Under the pieces are notes generated by a model that saw only the letters and a program-made list of their open reading frames with translations, was not told where the DNA came from and ran no database searches. From a virus, in IMG/VR virus record IMGVR_UViG_3300044940_000144, positions 1 to 64,000 of that record: DNA of 64,000 nucleotides, one strand, 5' to 3'. Positions 17,566 through 26,117 of this stretch are shown here, in pieces (positions within the stretch are counted from its first letter, which is position 1; the number at the start of each line of letters is the position of its first letter). The position numbers were made by a program, and so were the translations under genes.

Positions 17566-18582
17566 TCATTCGATCGCCAGCCGCGCCCCGCCGGGATCGT
17601 AGGGATCGTAGTGGTGGAAATCGTCATCGCGCATGCCCGGCAGATCGAACGCCGACACGATCTGCTCGCTCGGCCGGACATAGACGGCGTGACCGATCTC
17701 AGCCAGATAGCCGACGCACCCTGCAACCGCGTCCGCAGTGTCCTTGGAGCCACCGACCGGGTGGTCGGGGGCCTTGCCGGGGATGTCCTGCAGGCGGTTC
17801 ATCTCGTGGATCAACGGCAGGTAGTCCGGCAGCAGGATCCGCTGCTCGTTGATCGCTTCTTTGAGTTCCTGGTGCGGCCCCACTGTGCGATCGACCGAGA
17901 AGGGCTTGCCGAATCCATACAGGCGCCCTAGCTCGTCCATGCGGACCCCGGCCGTCACCAGACCCGCCTGGGTGAGCTCCTGGATCGCCCCGGCCGACTG
18001 GAACCCGTCATAGGAAAACGACGTGATGTTGATGCCACGTATACCGCGCAGCTGGAGGATGAACTTGGAGATGGAGCTCAGCGTGATCTCGCCGTACTCG
18101 GGGGCGATGATCTGGAACACCAGCGGGACGATGTAGCGATTCACGCGCCGCGCCTCGTCGCCGTAGATGATGTCGACCTGGTCCAGGATGCGGCCCACCG
18201 CGAGACCCGACGCATCGCCCTTGCGGCCCCGGCCGAGCCCGGGGTCGACATGGACGTGCCATGCGTGGGTGCGCCAGTCCTGGCGCAGGTTGAAGCTCTC
18301 GTCGTCGATGGCGTACAGCAATGAATCGTCGACCGGATGGGCGACGGCCGCCATCCACTCTTCGCCGTTGTTGTTGAACCGGCGCACCGCCGCGATACCG
18401 CCGCACATGTTCGGCAGCACGCATACCGCGCGCAGCTTTTCCGGCTCGGTCAGCCACAGCGAGCGGCCACGCTGAGGGAGTGCCCCGTACTTGATGAGCG
18501 CGTCCATCGGATCGCGCACGAACTCGGCACGGTATTCGAATGGGATGGCGACGACGTCGCGGCCGTTGATCTTCTGCGACAT
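17566..18582 (-). CDS. Terminase large subunit, nuclease (C-terminal) half
   Basis: HVHVDPG..DASG, SYDGFQS, DHPVGGSKDTADAVAG. Confidence 0.85.
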   Translation of the reverse strand: MSQKINGRDVVAIPFEYRAEFVRDPMDALIKYGALPQRGRSLWLTEPEKLRAVCVLPNMCGGIAAVRRFNNNGEEWMAAVAHPVDDSLLYAIDDESFNLRQDWRTHAWHVHVDPGLGRGRKGDASGLAVGRILDQVDIIYGDEARRVNRYIVPLVFQIIAPEYGEITLSSISKFILQLRGIRGINITSFSYDGFQSAGAIQELTQAGLVTAGVRMDELGRLYGFGKPFSVDRTVGPHQELKEAINEQRILLPDYLPLIHEMNRLQDIPGKAPDHPVGGSKDTADAVAGCVGYLAEIGHAVYVRPSEQIVSAFDLPGMRDDDFHHYDPYDPGGARLAIE

Positions 18583-18615
18583 ATGCAAAGCATAGTCGCA
18601 CGAGGGCCACGGGTG

Positions 18616-19635
18616 CTAGACGCCCTCGTCCTCGGCAGGCGTATACGTGATCGACTCGCCGGTGTGCGGGTCCTCCAGGTAGCCAGGCGAGATGTAGACG
18701 AGCGGCTCCGATGTCAGCACCCGCATCCGGTCCGGATCGCGGTCGAGCAAAAACACCTGGGCGCCGGGCTTGAGCTCCCCTTTCGCGTTCCAGGTGGTCG
18801 TGCGCCTGACGAGCATAGTGTGATCCCACGACTCGCCCTGACGGGCCAGCGCCTCGACGTACGCCGTGTCCGTGCCGGGAGACGTCAGGATCATCCCCGC
18901 CCCGAGGCTCCCGAACCGGGAACGGCGCCGCTGGTTCAAGGCGTTGAACATCTCTGCGACGTAGTCGGCACGCTCGGTGACCTGGCCGAGGGCGGCCTCG
19001 TCGACGACGAACATAAACACGTTCCAGCCCAGTGCCGAGCGCCAGCTGGATGACCCGGGCGACAGCCGGATGCGGTTGGGGAACAAAAGCTCAGAGTGTT
19101 TGCGGTCGTAGAACTTGAAGCGCTCAAGAAAGTACGGCGACTCGGTGATGCGCGTGAACGCCTCGCGGTAGACGATTTTCGACGACTGGTCGGCACCGGC
19201 CGCCGATGCAGTCATGAACACGATCTCCGAGTCGGCCGACAGCGACACCCCCGGGAAGCGGCTCATCCACTTCATCGGGGACCTCATGATCGACACCAGG
19301 TAGATGCCGTAAGCAAGGCTCAAGGACGCCAGAAACGACTTGCCCGACCCGATTCCGCCAACGTAGTTCAGGACCTGGTACTGGGAGTCGATGGCCCAGA
19401 ACTCGTCGAGGATGTCCTTGATGCGCGGGCGCACGTTGATACCGGCACCGACGTAGTACGGGTCGGTGACGAAGTAGTCCACCGGTACCGGCCACTCGAC
19501 CAGGTTCTCGTCGCCCGTCAGCTCTGCCCACATCAGCGATCGGTCGCGGGGCGAAAGCTTCAGGATGCGGCACAGCTCCAGAAAGTGAGCCCATTGCTCG
19601 CGGTAGTGCTCTGGATGCAGGCCTGCGACGTTCAC
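18616..19635 (-). CDS. Terminase large subunit, ATPase (N-terminal) half
   Basis: PVDYFVTDPYY, Walker A GGIGSGKS, Walker B VVDEAA, LTSP. Confidence 0.85.
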   Translation of the reverse strand: MNVAGLHPEHYREQWAHFLELCRILKLSPRDRSLMWAELTGDENLVEWPVPVDYFVTDPYYVGAGINVRPRIKDILDEFWAIDSQYQVLNYVGGIGSGKSFLASLSLAYGIYLVSIMRSPMKWMSRFPGVSLSADSEIVFMTASAAGADQSSKIVYREAFTRITESPYFLERFKFYDRKHSELLFPNRIRLSPGSSSWRSALGWNVFMFVVDEAALGQVTERADYVAEMFNALNQRRRSRFGSLGAGMILTSPGTDTAYVEALARQGESWDHTMLVRRTTTWNAKGELKPGAQVFLLDRDPDRMRVLTSEPLVYISPGYLEDPHTGESITYTPAEDEGV

Positions 19636-19695
19636 GTCAAGAAAGCCCCCAGACGCACGACGGGCGCCCCGAGGGACGCCCGTGTAAGTTGGCTA

Positions 19696-20064
19696 TCAGG
19701 CTGCGGCCTGGGTAGTACGAGTACGGCGAGGACGACGACGACGCCTCGCGCGACGCTGGGCACGCGTCGCCAGCTCCTGGATGAAAGACCGAAGCTCCTC
19801 GGGCATGTTCTGCATGGTCACGTTCATCCGCGCACCGCGACCCATAGCCGCGTAGCGCAGGCCCCGTGCGCGCGAGCCGATGGCCGTGGGTCGGCCGAGA
19901 AGCCGGGCAGCCTCCTCAGGGTTCACAGCCCGGGCTGCACGCAGAAGCTCGCCCCTGGTGACGTCGCGCAACCCAACGCCGATGGTGCCGCCCTGTTGCC
20001 GAATCGCCGCACGCAGGGCGCGCCGATACAGCCGCTGCACGTCAGTGAGTTTCTCCTTGGGCAT
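19696..20064 (-). CDS. Very Arg-rich small protein
   Basis: RBS GAGGTG; C-terminal RRARRRRRPRRTR. Confidence 0.6.
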   Translation of the reverse strand: MPKEKLTDVQRLYRRALRAAIRQQGGTIGVGLRDVTRGELLRAARAVNPEEAARLLGRPTAIGSRARGLRYAAMGRGARMNVTMQNMPEELRSFIQELATRAQRRARRRRRPRRTRTTQAAA

Positions 20065-20174
20065 CCGAGAATCACCTCTTTCAAGGTCGATAGCGACGCC
20101 CGGCTGCGGCGTCATCTGAAACCCAGATTACAAGCGATCCCGAAAAGTGGACAAGCCGAAAACGTGGGGAGGAT

Positions 20175-21401
20175 TCAAATACTTTGGTCGCCCGCCAGCG
20201 CAGGAAGCAGCTTCTTGGACCACGCACGCCAGCGCTCCAGCCCCATGCAGAAGATTTCCGCACTGGACGCCTTCTGGCGCGACATCCGCTGTCCGCCGGG
20301 CAGTTCCCAGTACTTGGAACGCATGTAGGCGTCGAGATTCGACAGGTAGATGTCACCGTTGCGCCTGTAGGCGGCGATAGCAGGAAGAGCCCTTTCGACA
20401 CTTGAGATGCCCGACAGCACAAACATCATCCCTTCTGGGAGACTGCGAGCGTTCTTTACGACCCTTCCGATCTGATGCGAGCTGCGCATCGTCTGGAACG
20501 ACTCGTGCAGCGCCCCAATCCCGTTGCGCACCAGGAAGTCCTGTTGGTATTTGATGAGATACCAGGGCAGCAACGAGTCGTACTCGAACGCCACCGACAC
20601 TCCCCGCTCGGTCATCTCCCGGTAACAGATGAACATGCGCTTGAGCGACTGGAACGCCAGCGCTCTCGGCATGTTCCCCCAGGGAGAGAAGTTGACCATC
20701 ATCACCATGTCGAATCGCTGGCGTGCGATCCAGTCGAAGAACCGCAGCCGGTCGCCCTCCCAGATGTCTTCCAGGATCTTGTCCTTGATGCGGAAGTTCA
20801 GGGCGAAGAAGTGGTCATCCTCGATGCCGAACGCCTCCCGCACGTCGCGGGGCCCCTTCGGGAACATGCCCTTGGCCGCGGCCATCCAGGAGCGGTGGCC
20901 GGTGCGCTCGGTCGCCAGGCGCACGAAGGTCTTGTTGCGCTCGACACCCGCGATGAAGCGGTCATAGGGGCGCTTGACCGGGGGTATCCACGCGATGTCG
21001 GCGTTGTCGTAGTCCAGGCCCCCGAGTTCGTCCTCGATGACCGTGTTGACGAACGGGTGCTTCTGCCCGCAGACGGCCGGGATACCCTCAATGACCGCAG
21101 TGGGGTCTTTGGTGCCCCTGGAGCGATATTCGACGTGGCAGAAGTGGCAATCGAAGCTGCATCTACGCCGGGCGCACGGGATCGACCGATCCGTCGCGCA
21201 ACCTGCGCACCACGCGCGCAGCCCGTCGGGACGACGGATCCTCCCGTCGGACCGGATCATCTCCTCGGAGCCGTAGAGCTTGCAGACGGCCGTGTTGCAC
21301 GGAAGTACGCAGCGCCCCCGGGCGATCTGCTCGCGCTCTTCGGCAGTGGTGTCGCCGTAGTGGCGCTCCCATGTCGAGGGGTCCGACTGCGCTAGCGGCA
21401 C
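20175..21401 (-). CDS. DUF4417-like protein with Cys-rich N-terminus
   Basis: NFRIKDKILEDIW..VNFSPWGNMPRAL resembles DUF4417 F..D..W..PDFS..DMP; several CxxC. Confidence 0.55.
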   Translation of the reverse strand: MPLAQSDPSTWERHYGDTTAEEREQIARGRCVLPCNTAVCKLYGSEEMIRSDGRIRRPDGLRAWCAGCATDRSIPCARRRCSFDCHFCHVEYRSRGTKDPTAVIEGIPAVCGQKHPFVNTVIEDELGGLDYDNADIAWIPPVKRPYDRFIAGVERNKTFVRLATERTGHRSWMAAAKGMFPKGPRDVREAFGIEDDHFFALNFRIKDKILEDIWEGDRLRFFDWIARQRFDMVMMVNFSPWGNMPRALAFQSLKRMFICYREMTERGVSVAFEYDSLLPWYLIKYQQDFLVRNGIGALHESFQTMRSSHQIGRVVKNARSLPEGMMFVLSGISSVERALPAIAAYRRNGDIYLSNLDAYMRSKYWELPGGQRMSRQKASSAEIFCMGLERWRAWSKKLLPALAGDQSI

Positions 21402-22396
21402 TACTTGGTTCTCCGCGGGCGGGGAAACGGCGGGAACAGGCCGTTGCCCATGATGTACTCCGGGCTGAACGGGTGGGCGGAGTGGTATTCGCTGGGGTCG
21501 AGCACATCGGTTGCATCTGCCGCAAGCTCGGTAAAGGCGCGTAGCCGTCGCGCGCCCATCCTGCGGTCGATCTCCCGCTCGTAAGGGAAGTACGTCTTGA
21601 ACCGCTCCAGGTAGACCTTGTTTTCTCCCTCGGAGAGCTCCGCAGCGGTCTTTTTCACCATCTCAAGCTCGTTCGGCGAGCCTTCGTGTTCGATCAGCTC
21701 ATCGAAGAGGGCCGTCGAGATCGACAAAAAGACGGCGTGTATCATGGCGTGCTGCCAGTTGGACTGCATCTTTTCGAAGTCTTCCAATGAGCGCCCGGTG
21801 TGCCAGACCCATATCGCGGGGGTCGCAACCTTCATCGACCACCAGATGCCGATGCGCGAGTGGGCGCCGGGGCAGTGGCCAAGCTCGTCAGGAAACTCTG
21901 CGGCGAGATCATCGAGCTTGTCGATCCACTCAGGCGTGGCGTGCAGGCCGTTGGTCTCGATCTGGAAGATCGGCAGACTGGGGAGGTCGGCATCCAAGAC
22001 CCGCTCTGCGACCGCGAGCAGGTGCTCCGGGTACAAAAACGGCTCGCCGTTGGAGATGCGGACGATCTTGTGCCCGGTGCGACGGACGACTTGGATCAGC
22101 TTGTCGGCGGCCTCGTCGGCGTGCATCCACTTCATCGAGTCCTTGCCCGCCAGCCCGTAGGTTGACCAGCACTGGTTGCAGGCGAACCCGCAGCCGATGA
22201 CGTCCGCCGACACTGAACCGCCCAGGTCGGGGTACATCTCCGAACGGCTGCGGATGCGCCGGTACGGCGCCACCAGCGGATCGCGCTTGGTCGATGCGAT
22301 GACTTCTTCGGTGTCCACAAGATCCGTTGCGTCGACGTGATCGGACACCAGCTCCCGGATGTGGGCTTCGTTCGGGAGGTGACGATCGTCGGTCAC
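21401..22396 (-). CDS. Radical SAM protein
   Basis: GCGFACNQCW (CxxxCxxC), RISNGEP, IETNG. Confidence 0.9.
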   Translation of the reverse strand: MTDDRHLPNEAHIRELVSDHVDATDLVDTEEVIASTKRDPLVAPYRRIRSRSEMYPDLGGSVSADVIGCGFACNQCWSTYGLAGKDSMKWMHADEAADKLIQVVRRTGHKIVRISNGEPFLYPEHLLAVAERVLDADLPSLPIFQIETNGLHATPEWIDKLDDLAAEFPDELGHCPGAHSRIGIWWSMKVATPAIWVWHTGRSLEDFEKMQSNWQHAMIHAVFLSISTALFDELIEHEGSPNELEMVKKTAAELSEGENKVYLERFKTYFPYEREIDRRMGARRLRAFTELAADATDVLDPSEYHSAHPFSPEYIMGNGLFPPFPRPRRTK

Positions 22397-22550
22397 TAGT
22401 GCCTCGCTAGTTTCGTCATCAAAGGTTGAGCCCAGCAGGGAGGGGGCACCACTCCCCTCCCCGCCGGGTCATCGCAAGTCACCCGCGGGGGTAAGGGGGG
22501 AACCCCCCGGGGTCTGACCTGCGCTTTCTGCCAGATGCTCGCGCATCGCA

Positions 22551-22901
22551 CTAAGCATAGCACCTACCCATGCTCAGTTGACGCGCGCCGCCTCCGGCGA
22601 TCTTGGACATTTGAATCTCGTTCAGCGACGCCACCGGGGCGCCCAGGACGACGTTGACCAGGGGACGATACATGCGGCCGGTATCGAGATTGGCGATCAC
22701 CAGTGGTAGCCAGCGGCGGTGCACCGACGCCGCCCCGTGCTCGACGAGCGTGGTCAGGCTTATATCGGAGATGACAGCGCACGCGCCGGACGGCGAGGAG
22801 AGCACCATCGCCCACATGGGCGGTGGGTCGTCGCTTGGGTTCGGCTTGACCCCGAAGTGGACGCATAGATCGCGCAGGCGATCACGTCTGCTCATCGTCA
22901 T
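22551..22901 (-). CDS. Hypothetical protein
   Basis: ORF with AAAGGGGGAACC RBS. Confidence 0.6.
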   Translation of the reverse strand: MTMSRRDRLRDLCVHFGVKPNPSDDPPPMWAMVLSSPSGACAVISDISLTTLVEHGAASVHRRWLPLVIANLDTGRMYRPLVNVVLGAPVASLNEIQMSKIAGGGARQLSMGRCYA

Positions 22902-24081
22902 CGGTTCCCCCTTTCCTTTTTGACATCCTCCCCACGGCTAAGGCCCGGGGATTCCCGCCTCGGCCTGCACCCTTTCCTCGAAAAGGAGAAGGATGTCTTA
23001 CGGCGTCAGCAGCGGCAGGGTTGAGACCAGCCCTGGCCAGAATCGCTCTGGCAGCGTTTCTGTCGCGGTCGCTCACCAGCCCGCAGGCATGGCAGACGAA
23101 CTCGCGCTTTGCCAGTTCCAACCGCTGCTTGGCTCTCGCTCCACAGTTGGAACAGGTCATAGTCGTGTAGGCGGGCGGCACCAGCACCACCTTCCGGCCC
23201 GCCCGCTCGGCGTGTTCGATGAGGATGCGTTTCGCGACCCCGATGGCGGCGTCCTGAGCCTTGCGGGCCATCCTGGTCTTGGCGAGGAACGACGGCTTGA
23301 AGTCCTCGACGGCGAGCGCCCCGTGGTCGCGCACGACGGACACAGCCCACTTGCGGGCGGTGTCCTGTCGCTGTCGGACGACTTTCTTGGCAACTTTGGC
23401 CGCGTCCTGTTTCGCCTTGCGGTAGCCGACGGACCCCGCCTTGCCCCGCTCTGGCTTACGGCGAGCCATCCGTCGCTGGTACTTGGCGAGCGCCTTCGCC
23501 GCTTTGCGGGCGTACTGCGGATGCGGAAGGTCGTAGGCGGGGTCGGTGGTGGTGGCGATTGTCTTGACGCCCCAGTCGATGCCGATGGCGGCATCCGAAT
23601 CGGCCATCGGTTCGTCGTTCCGACGGACGACGAAACTGGCGTACCAATGGCCGAGAGAGTCACGGTACACCCGCACACTGGTCGGTTCGGACGGCAGGTC
23701 GCGGGACCACACGACAGGGATGCTCAGCCCACCGGCCAGACGCAGACGCCCATCCTTGAGCGAGAAGCCGCAGCGCGTGTAGTTGAGACTTGGCATGGTC
23801 CTGCGGGAGGACTTGAACTTGCGCCGCCCCTTGCCTTCGGCTCGCTTGGCGCGGAAGTTCCTCAACTCCTGCTGTTGCACGACGCTGCTACCGGCGCGGA
23901 GCCATTCGTGCTCGCGCCGCCATGCGGTCAGGTCACTGTCGCGGACCCATGTGCCCGTGGTCCGGAGCATGGCGACGGACTGGTTCCACAGCCAGCGGGT
24001 GCGGTGCCATTCGGAGATGAGCGCTCGCTCCGCCTTCGCACCGGGGCGCAGACGGTACTGGTAGCGCAAGACCGTCCCCAC
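22882..24081 (-). CDS. tnpB: RNA-guided endonuclease TnpB
   Basis: YRLRP, GIDWG (RuvC-I), VEDF (RuvC-II), CSNCG/CHACG, DRDRNAA (RuvC-III); TATGAT-7nt-GTG. Confidence 0.95.
   Translation of the reverse strand: MGTVLRYQYRLRPGAKAERALISEWHRTRWLWNQSVAMLRTTGTWVRDSDLTAWRREHEWLRAGSSVVQQQELRNFRAKRAEGKGRRKFKSSRRTMPSLNYTRCGFSLKDGRLRLAGGLSIPVVWSRDLPSEPTSVRVYRDSLGHWYASFVVRRNDEPMADSDAAIGIDWGVKTIATTTDPAYDLPHPQYARKAAKALAKYQRRMARRKPERGKAGSVGYRKAKQDAAKVAKKVVRQRQDTARKWAVSVVRDHGALAVEDFKPSFLAKTRMARKAQDAAIGVAKRILIEHAERAGRKVVLVPPAYTTMTCSNCGARAKQRLELAKREFVCHACGLVSDRDRNAARAILARAGLNPAAADAVRHPSPFRGKGAGRGGNPRALAVGRMSKRKGGTDDDEQT
22900..23060 (-). ncRNA. Predicted omegaRNA (reRNA) scaffold plus guide
   Basis: Overlaps the tnpB 3' end; scaffold ends at TCAA (22920-22923); guide would start AAAGGAAAGGGGGAACCGAT; 5' boundary approximate. 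Confidence 0.6.
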
Positions 24082-24161
24082 GTATTGGATCATACCAGCG
24101 ACGCGTGTAGCCCCGATTCCTTCCCATGCCTGAAGGCAGGGGCTTCCTCGGGGGTCATCTG
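22920..24161 (-). mobile_element. Non-autonomous IS200/IS605-family element (tnpB only, IS1341-like)
   Basis: TTTAC then left end with hairpin; right end GGGGAGGATGTCAA; no tnpA. Confidence 0.85.
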
Positions 24162-24171
24162 GTAAAGCAAG

Positions 24172-24253
24172 TGGGGGCCGAGGGAGTCGAACCCTCATGC
24201 CTTGCGGCGCCGGATTTTGAGTCCGGTGCGTATGCCAGTTCCGCCAGACCCCC
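24172..24253 (-). tRNA. tRNA-Leu(CAA)
   Basis: GGGGGTC/GGCCCCC acceptor stem, CCGGA-CTCAAAA-TCCGG anticodon arm, long variable arm, GGTTCGACTCC; CCA not encoded. Confidence 0.95.
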
Positions 24254-24261
24254 GGTGGCCC

Positions 24262-24552
24262 TTACAGGGCCAGTTGGTCGTTCAAGTAGACGCGTAGCTC
24301 TGTTAGCCTGCCATCCGAGTAGCCGAGCGCCAGGTCGTAGATCTCGGCGCCCACACCGGCTTCGTCCACCGTGATCGCCCCGTAGACGTGGCCGTTGTCA
24401 TCGGCGCGGTAGGCGACCTCGACATCGTCCCAACCCCAGGTCTTGAGATTGGCGACGACCTCCCCGTTGGACGCGATGCCGTTGAGAAGCTCGTCGCCCC
24501 GGTTGATCCCGATGGTGCGGACCAACTCGATGAGTTTGACGATCACATTCAT
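24262..24552 (-). CDS. Hypothetical protein
   Basis: RBS AGGGGGAACC before ATG 24552. Confidence 0.65.
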   Translation of the reverse strand: MNVIVKLIELVRTIGINRGDELLNGIASNGEVVANLKTWGWDDVEVAYRADDNGHVYGAITVDEAGVGAEIYDLALGYSDGRLTELRVYLNDQLAL

Positions 24553-24615
24553 CGCGGTTCCCCCTGTGGAGGGGGCTTGAGCCTCCATGCCCAAGCCCCC
24601 TCCAGCTCAGATGTC

Positions 24616-25158
24616 CTATGCCGTGGATTCTGCCAGTGCCGTGCGCATCGCTTTGACGAAGCGACCATCGGAGGCGACGGACCGAGACCACTCTTTCAGA
24701 GTGGCGGTGCCATCGTCCTCACGGGACATCATCGCAGTGATCCCACGCACTTCGTCGCGGCTGGCCATCGTGATGCAGACCGCCTCGTCCTTCCAGGGCG
24801 AGTCACCGATGCTGCCGTACTGCTCGACGATGACCTGCCCGATGTCCTGTTCCGGGACACCGGGGTATGCCGCTCGCACCTGGTCGTTGATCTGGACGAA
24901 CCAGGACGACACGACCATGCCAAGGGCGATGGCCTTCGTGCCGTTGGCGAACTGCGGGATCAAGACGCGGCACAGGATCTCTTTGCCTTCCTGGCTGTTC
25001 ATGAACTCCTGCGGGATCGGGAAAACGATGATCTTCATGTTCGAAGACACGACGAACAGCACCGGGGCGATGTCATCGTCCCAGTCGGTGAACTGGCCGA
25101 CGTTTTCCTCGACGCCCTTTTGGATGACCTTTTCCAGGTCGTCTAGCACGCTGGCCAT
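24616..25158 (-). CDS. Hypothetical protein
   Basis: 180 aa ORF. Confidence 0.7.
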   Translation of the reverse strand: MASVLDDLEKVIQKGVEENVGQFTDWDDDIAPVLFVVSSNMKIIVFPIPQEFMNSQEGKEILCRVLIPQFANGTKAIALGMVVSSWFVQINDQVRAAYPGVPEQDIGQVIVEQYGSIGDSPWKDEAVCITMASRDEVRGITAMMSREDDGTATLKEWSRSVASDGRFVKAMRTALAESTA

Positions 25159-25161
25159 GGC

Positions 25162-25452
25162 CTAGAGCCTCTGGAGAAGCGTCTCGCCGTACTCGTCGAC
25201 CGAGGCGAGGAACCGCTTTTCGCCGCCGACGATCGCAATGACGATCCAGGCCAGCCACCAAACTCCGAACGTGATCAGGCCGATCACAAAGTGGAGCAGG
25301 TGGTTGACCCTGTGACCCTTCACCAGCACCGCGTCGTAGTCGTTCTGCGACTCGATGCGGGCTCCTTGGACGACCTGGGTTCTGATGACCCTGGAGAGCG
25401 CTTCCTTGCGCTGCCAAGCCGTAGCCTGCGGCCTTGGCGTGTCTGTGCTCAT
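25162..25452 (-). CDS. Small membrane protein
   Basis: NHLLHFVIGLITFGVWWLAWIVIAI; AAAGGGGGAACC RBS. Confidence 0.75.
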   Translation of the reverse strand: MSTDTPRPQATAWQRKEALSRVIRTQVVQGARIESQNDYDAVLVKGHRVNHLLHFVIGLITFGVWWLAWIVIAIVGGEKRFLASVDEYGETLLQRL

Positions 25453-25601
25453 GGGTGGTTCCCCCTTTATCGGTGTTCTCCAATGGCCTGGCATCCCCCG
25501 GCAGAAAGCCGGGTTATCGGTTCACGGTTCAACGGCCCGGCCAACGCCAAGCCTCCCCGCGCAGTCACGGCGTGCCCCGCCGCCATGCGAGAGCATAGCT
25601 A

Positions 25602-25648
25602 GTGCAGTGTAGTCCTAGTCCTCGTTCGCCTCCTCGGGAACGACGATC
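25602..25648. repeat. 47-bp duplicate of the AAA ATPase gene 3' end (~26621-26667)
   Basis: gtgcagtgtagtcctagtcctcgttcgcctcStcgggaacgacgatc at both loci, one mismatch. Confidence 0.9.
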
Positions 25649-25652
25649 AATC

Positions 25653-25706
25653 GCGTTTCGTCTCTGCCGTGAGACTCATCAGGCGGGCGGCATCAGCCCG
25701 CGACGC
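25653..25706 (-). ncRNA. Hammerhead ribozyme, type III
   Basis: gcGUC^gcgggc-ugaugcc-gcccgc CUGAUGA gucuc-acggca-gagac GAAAC gc; cleavage after 25702; loops ugcc/ggca complementary. Confidence 0.92.
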
Positions 25707-25733
25707 CGGGGGCACCGAAGTGCCCCCCGCCTT

Positions 25734-26105
25734 TTACCGGATGCCACTGACCACCCAGTCAAGCATGGCTTGGACCTGATAGTCCGGGACCAGGACCGAC
25801 GCGGGCGCCGCCGACGGATTGCCGGGATCGTGGATCGTGACCAGAAGGACACGGCCCGGGTTGTCGCGGATCCACGCAAAGACCTCGGGATACTCCTTCT
25901 CCATGCTTTCTGGTGGCTGCACACTATCCGGAGCCGACAAGTCGATCTGAGTGATCTGAAGGCACTCAGACCCAAGCAGGTCTGAGATGACCGCCACCCG
26001 GGAGTCGTCATTGACTCCTTTCGACTCCCACAGCGTGGTGAGAACCAGACCGTTCTGACCAGACGATGCGCGCTTTTCGCGCCGAGGACCGATTCGGAAT
26101 CCCAT
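25734..26105 (-). CDS. Hypothetical protein, paralog of 26118-26504
   Basis: EYPEVFAWIRDNPGRVLLV vs DHPDLIDWVKANPNRTAML; start uncertain. Confidence 0.55.
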   Translation of the reverse strand: MGFRIGPRREKRASSGQNGLVLTTLWESKGVNDDSRVAVISDLLGSECLQITQIDLSAPDSVQPPESMEKEYPEVFAWIRDNPGRVLLVTIHDPGNPSAAPASVLVPDYQVQAMLDWVVSGIR

Positions 26106-26117
26106 GGATCAATCCTT

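Noticed and set aside
22900-22919. TnpB guide self-targeting the repeated AAGGGGGAACC RBSs
   Set aside because: Matches cover only the TAM-distal part; no TTTAY plus seed match was seen elsewhere in the window
24172-24253. tRNA as a prophage attachment site
   Set aside because: Phage genes continue on both sides, no integrase and no duplicated tRNA 3' end seen
25550-25575. ZTP riboswitch-like GTGACTG..GGGGAG
   Set aside because: Lacks P2 and the downstream CGCCUGGGCA hairpin
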